The notes beneath the pieces are model-generated. The model did not search any database and was not told the origin of the DNA. It saw nothing but the letters and a program-made list of their open reading frames with translations. Source: Eledone cirrhosa (lineage: Eukaryota). From it: DNA of 64,000 nt. Below, one piece after another: positions 40,101-53,100 of this stretch. Location of the stretch: NCBI GenBank assembly GCA_964016885.1, contig OZ024762.1, positions 3,224,001 to 3,288,000 on the forward strand, read 5' to 3'. The translations under genes and the position numbers were made by a program. Position 1 is the first letter of the stretch; each line of letters starts with the position of its first letter.

Positions 40101-41114
40101 AGTATGTGTAACTCAGAGAGTAGAAAGTCACTCCAGAATGTTAGAATGTCACAGGAAAGAATTGCTGGACAGATTTTATGGGCAAAACCAGTTGGGAGTA
40201 TTTTCTGCTGCACCCCATATGTAACAAATTGAATTTGTTTTAAAGGGTTCCTATAGAAATTAAAATCACCCAACATAATTTTATATAAGAACCCTATGTT
40301 AAGTAAGGGGCGGTGGAACTGGGGGGGTGGGTGGACCCCGAACAAGATGGTTGGATAACATCCAATGAGGTTGGCTGGTCTTGCTTGGGGATCCAATTGG
40401 ATCAGTTGTAGATTGTTGCTTCTGACAGGACTCGCTGAAGGGAGTGTTTGAGGACTCTGCCCCCACAGTGCTCTCAGAAGTAAGTGGGCAAAGAAGAAGA
40501 AGAAGATAGTAACTTACAAGGGCGATGGAAGAATTGGGGAGGTACCAAATTTGGTCAATTTAGTTGTAGTGATTAGTTCAGCTGTTATTATCAAATATCA
40601 ACCATGATATAAAAAAAACTTCGATATTTGTAGCACATATACGAATAGATGTGTTTTGGTAGTTTAGGGAGAAAAATATAATGGGGGGGGGGGGTCTCCC
40701 CAGTTCCACCGCCCCTTACTTAACATAGGGTTCTTATATAAAATTATGTTGGGTGATTTTAATTTCTATAGGAACCCTTTAAAACAAATTCAATTTGTTA
40801 CATATGGGGTGCAGCAGAAAATACTCCCATATTTTATATGGTCACTGTAAAATATGGGAGGTTTTTCTGATGTATCCTGTAGAATCAGAGGAGGGTTTTG
40901 GCTGGGTTTGTGTCAAAGGGGTTAATATAGCACTTAATCAAAAAGTTAGATATTTTACTAAATAATTTCAAATTCTCGATTATATTATTTTATCTATATT
41001 CCACCAGCCTTTTTTTCTTTCTCTTTCCTCACTCTTTCTGTCTGTCTCCTCTTTTTGTATCTCTCTCCTCTCTCTCTATCAGTCTCCCTCTCACTTGTAC
41101 TCCTTCTCTCACCC

Positions 41115-41147
<33 letters not shown>

Positions 41148-44018
41148 ATACTCACTCAGTTCTACTATTACTACACCTCAACAGGATGTTTGGCGTTACC
41201 GAAAATGAACCTTCAATTTCTCACACTTCACGACTATCTCCTCAAAAACTTCAATTTATTCCGACTGGAATCTACATGTAAGTCTTATTTTCATTTCCAT
41301 CATCATCATCATCGTCCAGTTTTTGATTATGCTGGACACAATTAATCCTTAAGTAAGGGTGGGTCCTGCCTGACAGCGCTCCTTAGAGTCCCGCTCCATG
41401 TGTTTCTGTACGCTGGTTCTCACTTGGACCAGGCCAAGCCTAGCTTGATCCCAACAGGCATCCTCCATCCAAGTCATTTTTGACAGGTACTAAGCTAGTA
41501 GTAACTATACATTGTCCTCAGTTATCACACCGCACATTGGCAGAATCGGTAGAGCATCGGATAAAATGCTTTGCAGCATATAGTTACGGTTCTTTATGCT
41601 CTGAGTTCAAATCCCTGTTGAGATTAGCTTCAGCTTTCATCAATTCCAAGGTTCAATCAAAGTACCAGTGAAATACTGGGGTTGATTTGCACTCCTCCCC
41701 TCCATCAAATAAAGTGTGGCAGGGCTTCTGCCGAAATTAGAAATCATCATCATTATCATCACCGTTACCATCTTCATTGTTGTCATTATCATCATCATCG
41801 TCATCACTGTCATCAGCATCATCATCATCATTGTCATCACCAATCATCATTATAACTCATCATCATCATCACTGTCATCATCATTGTCATTATCATCATC
41901 ATCATCACTATCATCACTGCCATCATCATCTCTACTACTATCAATGTCTTTCTTTTCTTCCAGATGAAATCAGACAAGACATAGAAGATGCCTTGACCCA
42001 CATGAAACCATGGTAACAAAACTGATGTTTTAGTTTAAATTTTGTTGAGGTCAACTTTGCTATTTATCCTTTCCGGGTCAATAAAATAAAGTACCAGTTA
42101 AATACTGGGTTGATATAATCGACCTTCCCCTTTTCCTCCAAATTGCTGGCCTTGTGCCAGTGTTCAATCTAATTATTATTAATGTTTGTTTTTTTGTTTT
42201 ATTTTAACCATCTTCTTCTCTCCAGGCTTGCAGAAGACCAGACAACAATGTTTGGTGGATGGGCCCGAATGGCACAACCAATAACAGCGTTTAGTGTGGT
42301 TGAGGTGTGTAGCCAACTATTTCTTTCCTTCTCTTATTTCTCCAAGGCCTCTTACCATCATTAATGCTGTTTAATGTCCATGTTTCCACGCTAGCATGGG
42401 TCAGATACTAGTTTTGTGATAAAGGTTTTTATCTTACACAATTATCTCACATAATATCGAACCTAAATGATTTTAATGTTATTTATTTTGAGAACAGTAC
42501 CTTCACATCAGTATAAGCAGCCGGTTACAGTCGGTTTGAACAGAAGGAGGTGAGAGAATTCTGGCAAGATACAACCTGTTTAAATGCTAAATGGTTAAAT
42601 TACTGCACCGGGGAATGCCTATTAGCGTTTTATAAGGGGATAACTTCGACATTTGTTGTTTTTCGACTTAAGTCTTGACTTCTGGAAACAATTAACAACA
42701 TAGGGTGAAGTGTAACTGTATATAAATTTATATATATATATACAGGGTGCGGACGATATTTGTTCGCTAGATTACTGTCTAGGAAAAAATAACACAGTTT
42801 TATTTTTTAAGATATATTTATCAAACTTGGGTCAGTTTGTCTTCATGACTTGTTCTTTCGATCTCACTCAATAAACCCGCCATTGGATTTGATGACGGCC
42901 TCAGAACCGGCTACAGGCCTTCGTCACTGTCCCCCAACTTAGGCCCCTAAAGGCACTTGTGATCCTGGCCTTCAGATCTTCTTTCATATTGCAGCTAGAT
43001 CTGTTGGTGTCTTGTTCCACTGCGCCCCACACAAAGAAGTCGAGGGGGTTGCAGTCAGGCGAGCTGGGAGGCCAGATGTCAGGTGAAGTGTGGTCGACGA
43101 AGTTCTCTGACTGCCAGGCTTGGGTCTTTCGGCTGGTATGGCAGGGCGCTGAGTCTTGCTGCTATACGGTCGGCCTACCTGCAGCTACCTGGTCGATCCA
43201 GGGCATTACTACCTCGCTCAGAACGCGGATATAGCCATCGGCGTTCAGCTTGAGGCCCTCAGGGAAGAAGTGAGGTGGCATGACGACACCTAAGACCAAT
43301 GTTGTCGCTGGAAACTTTGTCTGCATGACTCTGGGCACGTCTTTGGATGAGACAGCAAGCCACCTGTTTTTCTGGGAGTTGATCTTCTGGTCTTGGCAGA
43401 AGTTTTTCTCGTTGGAGAAAAACCACAGCATGTCTGGCTCCAGTGGGTGTTTCAACTTGTTGATCAGCTTCTTTGCGTGCTTCAGTCGCTTTTCTTGCAT
43501 CGCCTTTGACAGAAATTGTCCTTTCCTCATCTTGTATGAAACGTAGCAAATGTCTTCATGTACCACCAGCCTAATGAGCTTTTCATCCACGCCTTTCTCC
43601 CTTGCAATGGCTCGCATCGACTTGCTAGGTTCATTGTTGATGATATCCTGAACTTCAGTGACGAACTTGGGCATTCTGAAGGCGTCAGATCGTCAATCAT
43701 GTGTTTTCCTCTCTGATGTTGCTTCGTAGTCGAATCCTGAATCTTCCAATTCCTTTCTGACCTTTTCCACCATTCTCCCGCTGACGCTGAGAAAGTTTGA
43801 AATTTCCTTATTTGTCCTCCCGGCGCGGATTCCAAGAAGAGCTCCGGGTCTCTTCCACAAATTTGGAGGTTCAAAATTATTCCTAATCAATTATTCTGAA
43901 AATAAATAATGGAAATATAGTCACTGTTTTTATGAAGACAAGAGTGACAATGGAAGTAAAAAAAATTTGCATAAAATTAGCAGTTGAAAATTGCGAACAA
44001 ATATCATCCACACCCTAG

Positions 44019-44066
<48 letters not shown>

Positions 44067-46876
44067 ATATAAATTTGAGCAACTTCCATCCATCAATCAC
44101 AGAATGTGTATTTATGTGAATGTTTGTGTGTGTAAAGGGAAAGAAAGGGGGGTGAGAAAACTATAGAAAAACAGTATCTGGCGTTCCATTTTCTAAGCTG
44201 TGTGTGTGTTTGTGTGATTGTATGTCTGTGTGTGTGTGTTTGCGATTTTGTATTTATATACTCATACATATAAATGTATGCATATGCACATACACACACA
44301 TATGCATCAGCATGTTGAAAAAAATTCTAATACTTGTATATTCTTCTTGTATATTTGTTTCTGTTGTGTTTTACTGAGTTGTCTCACCTTGTTTATTTGT
44401 TTTTTCTGACAGGTTGCTAAACCTCGTATTGGAGAGTGTCATCCGTCCCAGGTTCGTGCCGACATTACTGTCAACCTGAGTGTCAGACCAGAGATAAAGT
44501 CAGAATGGGAAGGTCAGTAAATTTAGGGGTTTGTCTTTCGTCCTTACAGGGTCATCATCACCGTTTAACGTCTATGTTTCCACGTTGGTATGGGTTAGAC
44601 AAGTTATCCTGTTGTGAGCAATGCCAGGTCAGGTGGCTGTGTTGCTCATACAAAATCAATAAAATAAAGTACCAGTAATGTACTGGGGTCGATTTTATTG
44701 AATCGGTAGAGCGTCAGACACCATGCTCAGTACGGCCCTTTACGTTTTGAGTTCAATTCAAATCCTGCCATGGTTAACTTTGCTTTCATCCTTACTGGGT
44801 CGATAAAGTACCAGTCACGCACTGGGGGTGATTTAATCGATTTTCCCCTTCCACCAAAATTGCTGGCCTTGTGCCTAAAGTAGAAACAATTATTATGATC
44901 ATTATCATTAATCCCGCCGAGGTTGACTTTGCCTTTCATCCTTACGGGGTCAATAAAAAAAGTACCAGTAATGCACTGGGGGTAATTGCTGGCCTTGTGC
45001 CTAAAGTAGAAACAATTATCATTATGATCATTATTATCATTTTCAGCTCTCCGGAAACATGATGTGGCATTCCTCATAACTGTGAAACCATTTTCCCCTA
45101 TTGGCACCCCTTACAATCCTGAGAAACCTTTCAGTCCCCAGGTTGGCCTGACCTATGTGAGGGGCTGTGAAATTGAGGGTCTTCTTGATGATAATGGAAA
45201 GGTTATTGAAGAAGGTAAGGGCTTTGTCACCTCTCTTATACACACATATATATACATATACACATATATACACACACATATACATGTACATGTACACAAA
45301 CACACAAGCATGCATACACACACATACACCTGTTTCCTTACCTTTCTACATCTGTTTCCTCACTATCACCTCTCTACGTCTGTTTCCTCACTATCACCTC
45401 TCTACATCTGTTTCATCACTATCACCTCTCTACATCTGTTTCATCACTATCACCTCTCTACATCTGTTTCATCACTATCACCTCTCTACATCTGTTTCAT
45501 CACTATCACCTCTCAACATCTGTTTCCTCACTATCACCTCTCTACATCTGTTTCATAACTATCACCTCTCTACATCTGTTTCATCACTATCACCTCTCAA
45601 CATCTGTTTCATCACTATCACCTCTCAACATCTGTTTCATCACTATCACCTCTTTACATCTGTTTCCTCACTATCACCTCTCTACATCTGTTTCCTCACT
45701 ATCACCTCTCTACATCTGTTTCCTCACTATCACCTCTCTACATCTGTTTCCTCACTATCACCTCTCTACATCTGTTTCCTCACTATCACCTCTCTACATC
45801 TGTTTCATCACTATCACCTCTCTACATCTGTTTCATCACTATCACCTCTCTACATCTGTTTCCTTATGCATTATTGGATAATTCATGTTCTGTCCCATAA
45901 TTTGTTAGGTCCAGAACCCAAACCAGATTTACATGGGGACACACGAACCTTACGTGTGTGGCTTGATCCCAACCAATACCAACAGGATATGGCAAAAACT
46001 CTGAAAGGCGGAGAGGTAATTTAACTTCTTATTCTTTTTCCACTTCTTCCTGGGAGAGTCGTGGGAGGGGCAGAGTCCTCAAACACTCCTTCCAGAGGGT
46101 CCTGTCTGAAGCAATCGTCTACAAATGATCTTGCTGGATCTCCAAGTGACACCAGCCAAGCTCATGGATGTTATCCAACCATCTTGCTCAGGGTCTACCT
46201 CTGGGTCTCCTGTCAGCTGACTTTACCAGTAAAATCTGTCCAGTGATTCTTTCCTTGGACTTTCTGAACACTGGTTGTGATGACAACACGACAAAAAGCA
46301 CCCAGTCCACACTGTAAAGTGGTTGTATAGGCATCACAACAAAAAGCACCCAGTATTCACCGTAAATACTGACGTTCCACCGATACTGCCTAATAATAAT
46401 AATTGTAATAATGGTGATGATAATAATAATTTTTCCTTGTTAGGATGTGTATGAAACATTCAACGTAATCATGAGGAGAAAACCAAAAGAGAACAACTTC
46501 AAAGCAGTTTTAGAGACAATTCGAGACTTAATGAACACAGACTGTGTTGTACCTGACTGGTTACATGATCTAATCCTTGGCTATGGTAGTCCTGATGCTG
46601 CCCACTACTCTAAGTAAGTTATCTCCCCCTTATCTTTCTAGTTTTCCTGTCCTATAACACCATTTATATAGATATACGGTATATATATAAAGTGGTTGTG
46701 TAAGTGTCACAACAAAAGGCACCCAGTACTCACCGTAAATGAGGTTGGTGTTAGGAAGGGCAAAATCGGTTCTGTATAAGCAAGACATGGTCACCTGACC
46801 TAGCATTGCCCTAACAGGACAACTCGTCTAACCCATGCTATCATGGAAAAATGGACGTAAAATTATGATGATGATG

Positions 46877-46927
<51 letters not shown>

Positions 46928-47006
46928 TACATATATATATATATATAACTTTAATAGGTTTCGGCCTGTATTGGTCCAGGCCATGTCTTTATATATATAT
47001 ATATGT

Positions 47007-47067
<61 letters not shown>

Positions 47068-47069
47068 CG

Positions 47070-47103
<34 letters not shown>

Positions 47104-50100
47104 GCATCCATTTTTCCCTACTAGCAAAACAATTATTTCCATCATCATCATCACCAACGTATATTGTATCTTTCTCTCTCTCTTTTTTCCTTTCCAACAT
47201 CACCACCATCATCACCATCACCTCTACTAACACGTATCTTTCTCTTTCTTTCTTTTTTCCTCTACAACACCACCACCGCCACCACCAGGATGTGCAACCA
47301 AATACCAACACTGGACTGGAACGATACATTCCTCAGTTCTCCTCATCTAAAGGAAAGTTTCCCTGATTCTCAAGTGATACTTAACCCCCAAACGAAGGGG
47401 AATAATCCTCAACCACCCTTCAGGTATTTTCAGTTTTTGTTTGTTTGTTTCCTTTCCAGCTTTATAAAGGCCCCATTAGGGGTTAACTTTAGATGGCCTT
47501 ATTTTTCTATGTATATAGACCTCTTTCTAGATATATAGACCTTATTTCTATGTATATAGGCCTCTCTCCTCTCATTTCTTCTCTACCCCTTCTCTCTATC
47601 TCCTGGAAATTTTAATTATAATAAAATACCAGTTGCATAACTGAACTGATTGTACGTAACTCTCTCGATCTGTCTCTTTCTGAACTGACTGTATGTCACT
47701 TTCTCTCTCTCTCTCCCTCTCTACTACACCACACCTGTTTTATTTCACCACCATTATTCTCTACCACAGGCTCACCATGATGGCTGGGAAATCTTCACCA
47801 GAGAAAAAAGCGGCAACTGAAGAGAAGACTGCAGACAAGTCAAACGTTGAGGCCGAGGCCCACATAATACCAAATCGAGGTCCCTACACTTACAGCCAGC
47901 CTAAAAGGTAATATCTAACATAACTACCATACACACACACACCATATATATATATATATATATATATACAAAATTTACCTAATTTTCCCTTGTAACCCCG
48001 AAAGAGTTAAATAAATAAATAATCAGTTAATTAATCAGAGCTATATATAATTATAAGTGTGAAGAAAAAAATAGACAAAATTTAACCCAATTATTTCTCG
48101 TAGTTCCGACTGTGTTTATACTTATGTATATATATGTATCTTCTATAATTTGTCCTAACTCCTGTATGGTTGGTTGAGTAAAAATTAGGCTGAAATAGAC
48201 TGCTTCTTCTAGCAACTCTGTTACTCGCCAACAGTCTATCCTTCACTGCCCCTAAGTTGACTGTAAAACCATGTGAAAATTTCCCCTTTTGAAAATTATA
48301 ACTGGTAGCAGTCATTTCAGAGAACAGAAACCGTCTAACATTCACTACACTTGTGTGTGTGTGTATTTGTGTGAATGTATGTCTGTGAGTGTGTATTTTT
48401 GTGTGTCTGTGTTTGTGTGTTTACAATAAAATACTCATACACACGTTAGCCTGTTGAAAAAAATGTTAATATATAAATAATCTACTTTCCCATAGGAACA
48501 CTGTACCCTTCACACCAACACAAATTGAAGCTATCCGAGCTGGAATGCAACCAGGTTTAACAATGGTGGTAGGCCCTCCAGGAACTGGTAAAACAGATGT
48601 GGCGGTCCAGATCATTTCTAATCTTTACCACAACTTCCCAGATCAACGAACCCTCATAGTGACTCATTCTAACCAGGTTAGTTTTATGACTCTATATATT
48701 GTTATTTCTATACATCTGTACCTCCTCATAATAGTGCCATCCAGTTCCACACTGTAAATGTGGTTGGTGGTAGGAAGGGCATCCAGCTGTAAAATACCTG
48801 GCCAAATTTACTGTCCTCATCAGAGCAAGGTACAGAGTGGTCAATTCTGGCCAGATTTGTCTCTCAACGTGGACGATCCGTCTAACCCATGCAAGCATGG
48901 AAAAATGGATGCTAAACGGTGATGATGCTGATACATACACTAATCCCTTTTTTACCATATTTCTAATGAAAGACCCTGTCTATGGTTTCGAAATAATTTT
49001 GAAAATGATGAAGAATTTGGGGAGATTTATATAACCAAATTCTTTGTTATTAAGTTAGTGTTTGGAACATAAAGGTACACTCGGTGAGGAGGTTGGTGAT
49101 AGGAAGGGCATCCTGCTATAGAAAACTTACTAAAGAAATGGCTGTGAGGACTTGTCAGTCTAACAACTTTAGTATTTTTCTTCTTGGCAGGTCTGCCGTT
49201 CCAATGTTGGGCAATACGCCAAGATGGTAACTCCATCATCCGACTAATCTGTGGAGGGCCAATAACCCATCAACCTCTTACAAAACTGACCAATAGAAAC
49301 CTAGTATTGGTGACATGATAAAATACACCTGGTACACTCTGTAAGGTGGTTGGTGATAGGAAGGCATCCAGTTATAGAAGCTATACCACAAATGGTAGAG
49401 ATGATTCTTCAGATGTGTTAGGGGCAGGCCAACCTCCCTAGTGTTACTTACTTAGTTACTTGTGGCATTTACCTGGGTGGGTTGAGCCAGCTCCATCGAA
49501 GGAATTCACAGTGTAAGTTCATTTCAATGGAGCTTCTTCGGATGATTGGTTTCACAAGCGGTGCCCAGCCACAAGTATATGCACTTTAGGATAGTGTAAT
49601 CCAAGCATTGCATTGGTTAATAGCGCTGAGCTCTCCCTTTAACACCCAACCCAATTTGGTGGAGACAAGGATGCATGGGAGGAAGTTTGGCTGGTAGAGG
49701 TGATAAACACAACATATTTAAGCCATTTTGGAGTTCACCCCACCCTACTGCCCTGTTCAGGCATACCGACCATCAGCACCACATATAGGAGGGAGTTTGG
49801 CTAACAGAGGTGATAAACACAACCTATTTGAGCCATTTTGTAGGCCAGCAGGAGCTCAGACAAACTGACTCTAATGGTTGCTGCCATGATTGCATAGCAT
49901 TTCTTACTCAGTAGAGTGCAGGAACTTATGTCCCAGCCCCTCTGAGAGCTCAGTCACTCCAGTTCAGTACTGACTCAGTCTGTGATGACCAGTGCATCCC
50001 TTGTTAGCAGTGAAAAAAACAAACAGTAACCCTTTAGCATTTAAACCGGCCAGAATTCTCTCACCTCATTCTGTTCAAACCGGTCGTAACTGGCCACTCA

Positions 50101-53100
50101 TGCCTTCGTTAAGGTATTGTTCTCAAAATAAATAATATCAAAATCTCGTAGATTCAATATTATGTGAGATAAAGCCTTTTCTGTGAAAATACAATATATA
50201 TAGAGTAATGTGAATGCTAGAGGGTTAAATGGTGGTGATGAGGATACACAATATACTGTATATACTTGAATATAAGCCGACCCTATAATTTTATATCTGA
50301 GAAATGGGTAAAAATCCAAACCTTATTTATGTAGAATTTGAAGTTGGTGAAAATCATCAAAATATTGACCCTGAATATAAGACCCCCACTCTTCTACCAT
50401 TGAATTTTTTTTTTTATTGTTGGTCTCATATTCCATGGCTTATATTTGAGTATACACAGTATATTGTATGCGATATATTTAATATCCAACAGTACGTCTG
50501 GTATTCAGTTCTGTTATATTTCTTTTGTAGGCCCTTAACCAACTTTTTGAGAAAATCATTGCATTAGACATTGATGAGCGTCATTTACTTCGACTGGGTC
50601 ATGGAGAGGAAGCTCTGGAGACTGAGAAAGATTACAGCAGGTCAGAGTTCAATTTTTGGTGGTGTTGTCGTTGTTGAGGGATTTGGATTGGCTTTTCATC
50701 CTTACAGAATTGATAGAATAAAGTTCCAGTAATGTAGAGGGGTTGATTTAATTAAACCCCCTTTAAATTGCTTGCCTTGTGCCTATATTAGAAGCAAATG
50801 ATTATAACAAGTATTTTAAGGCCATCTTCCCTACTTAAGTAGGGGTTAGTCTTGCAGGTCTCATGAGAAGTTTCTCCATTTTTCCCTATTTTCTCCATCC
50901 AGCTTTCACCAACTCAATGATTTTCACATTTTCTCTTCCATCATTTTTAGCCACAACTTGGTCTTCTCTTTCCTCTACTTCCTTCCACATTCACCCTCCT
51001 CCCTCTTTCACCCAGTTGCTTTTATCCTTCCTCCACACATGACCCAGCCATCTCATTCCATTTCTCTTCGGACAACATGCTTTGCAGAATGGCATTATGT
51101 CCCTTTATGTTCTGAGTTCAAATCCCGCTGAGGTCAATTTTGCCTTTCATCCTTTCAAAGTTGATAAAAAAAAGTACCAGTCTAGTACTGGGGTCGATTC
51201 TTCCTCTACATCTCTTTCTCATTTCCTCTCTCTTACTCTCTATCTTTCTCTGGAAGAAATCTGCTCTACTCAGGCCTGGAGAAGGGATGCGCTCCGCCAG
51301 GCTTAAAATGCCCAAGAAACACTGTATGTCAATACGGTGACCCTACGACTCTATCAGGTGTTACAGGACCATACAATGGAACCATTGTTGTTGTTATTGT
51401 TGTTGTTGTTGTGGTAGTGGGCCTTGTTATCATTATCATAGTTGTTGTTGTCATTAGTGCTGTCATTTCATACTTATATAATATATCTCCTTAAATATTT
51501 AGGTGTCACATCCATTGTAATATATATCTGGTTAAATCCTCAGGTGTGACACCTTGTTAAATACCCAGGTGCAACACATCCTTTGTAATATATCTTGTTA
51601 AATACCCAGGTGTAACACATCCTTTGTAATATATCTCGTTAAATACCCAGGTATAACACATCCATTGTAATGTATGTCGTTAAATACCCAGGTATGACAC
51701 ATCCTTTGTAATGTATTGCGTTAAATACCCAGGTGTAACACATATGTAATATATCTCATTAAATCCCCAGGTATGGTCGTGTCAACTATGTCCTTGCACA
51801 AAGACTGGAGTTACTCGATGAAGTGGCACGTCTACAAGGAAGTTTAAATGTACAATGTGATATGTCATACACCTGTGAGACAGCTGGCTATTTTTACCTG
51901 TACCAGGTGAGTCTAAGTTTTAATTCTTAGTTTATACCTAACTAGCTATTGTATTGATTAATAACATTTTTTTTTAATCTTTCTTTTGTAAATGTGAGTG
52001 CATGACTGAGTATTTTACAGCTGGATGCCCTTCCTAACACTAACCATTTAGTGTTTATTTTCCCAGTTAACAAGGGTTGGAAGTTATATTCCCTCTCAGA
52101 GTTCCTGTTCTTCCCCTCTTAACTTTCCTGTTGAAAGACGTAAGTCCGAAACGTTGAAACCTCCTCCACTTCCACCAAGCGTGAACCTAATATAACTGTA
52201 CAATTGCCTGCTGCATTTTTATTTCCTTAATTCCACAGGTTTTGGCACGCTGGGAAGAATTTGAAAGCAAAATCAAGGCAGCGGATTCAAAGGTTGGTTA
52301 TTATTGTTATTAGCGTGGAGGGTGGTAAATTGGCAGAATTGGTAGGGCGTCGGACACCCTGGTTCTCGGCATAGAGTTACGGCCCTTTACTTTCTGAGTT
52401 CAATCCCGCCAAGGTTAGCTTTGCCTTTCATCATTACAGGGTCGATAAAATAAAGTACCAGTAATGAACTTGAGTCGATTTAATCGACTTTCCCTCCCCT
52501 TCAAATTACTGGCCTTGTGCCTAAAGTAGAAACAATCTTACGACATAGAGTTATGGCCTTTTACGTTCTGAGTTCTAATCCCACCATGGTTAACTTTGCC
52601 TTTTATCCTTACGGGATTGATAAAATAAAGTACCAGTAATGAACTTGGGTCAATTTAATCGACTTTCCCCTCCCCCCAAATTACTGGCCCTGTGCCTAAA
52701 GTAGAAACCATTTTATCATTTTTTTTTTTTTTTCTTGCATTCAGGAGAAAGAGAAAAATTTAACAATTGTGAAAGACCTGTTCCCATTTACCAAATTCTT
52801 CAGCAACGCTCCTCAGCCATTATTCACCACAGAATCATTTGAGAAAGATCTAGACATTGCTAAAGGTTGCTTCAGACATATCAAGAAAATCTTCACACAA
52901 CTTGAGGTGATAACTTTGTTTCTTTATTTGGATTTCCTTCTTTGTGTTTCTTCATTTCTTCCTTTCATCTCAATAACGTTATTCTTATTGTTTCACTCTC
53001 TTTCTCTCTTTATTTTGTCTTTTATTTCTCATTCTATCTTCTCTATGTTATTGTCCTCTTTCACCCTCTCTTTCTATGTAGGGGTAAATGTGGCTAGGAC

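Noticed and set aside
45167-46024. 285-aa ORF
   Set aside because: Read-through of the 28-bp minisatellite; only its end coincides with AQR exon 20.
46949-46990. Minus-strand GGCCTG/CAGGCC hairpin followed by GAAAC
   Set aside because: Possibly a hammerhead relic, but the CUGANGA core and helices I and III cannot be recovered.
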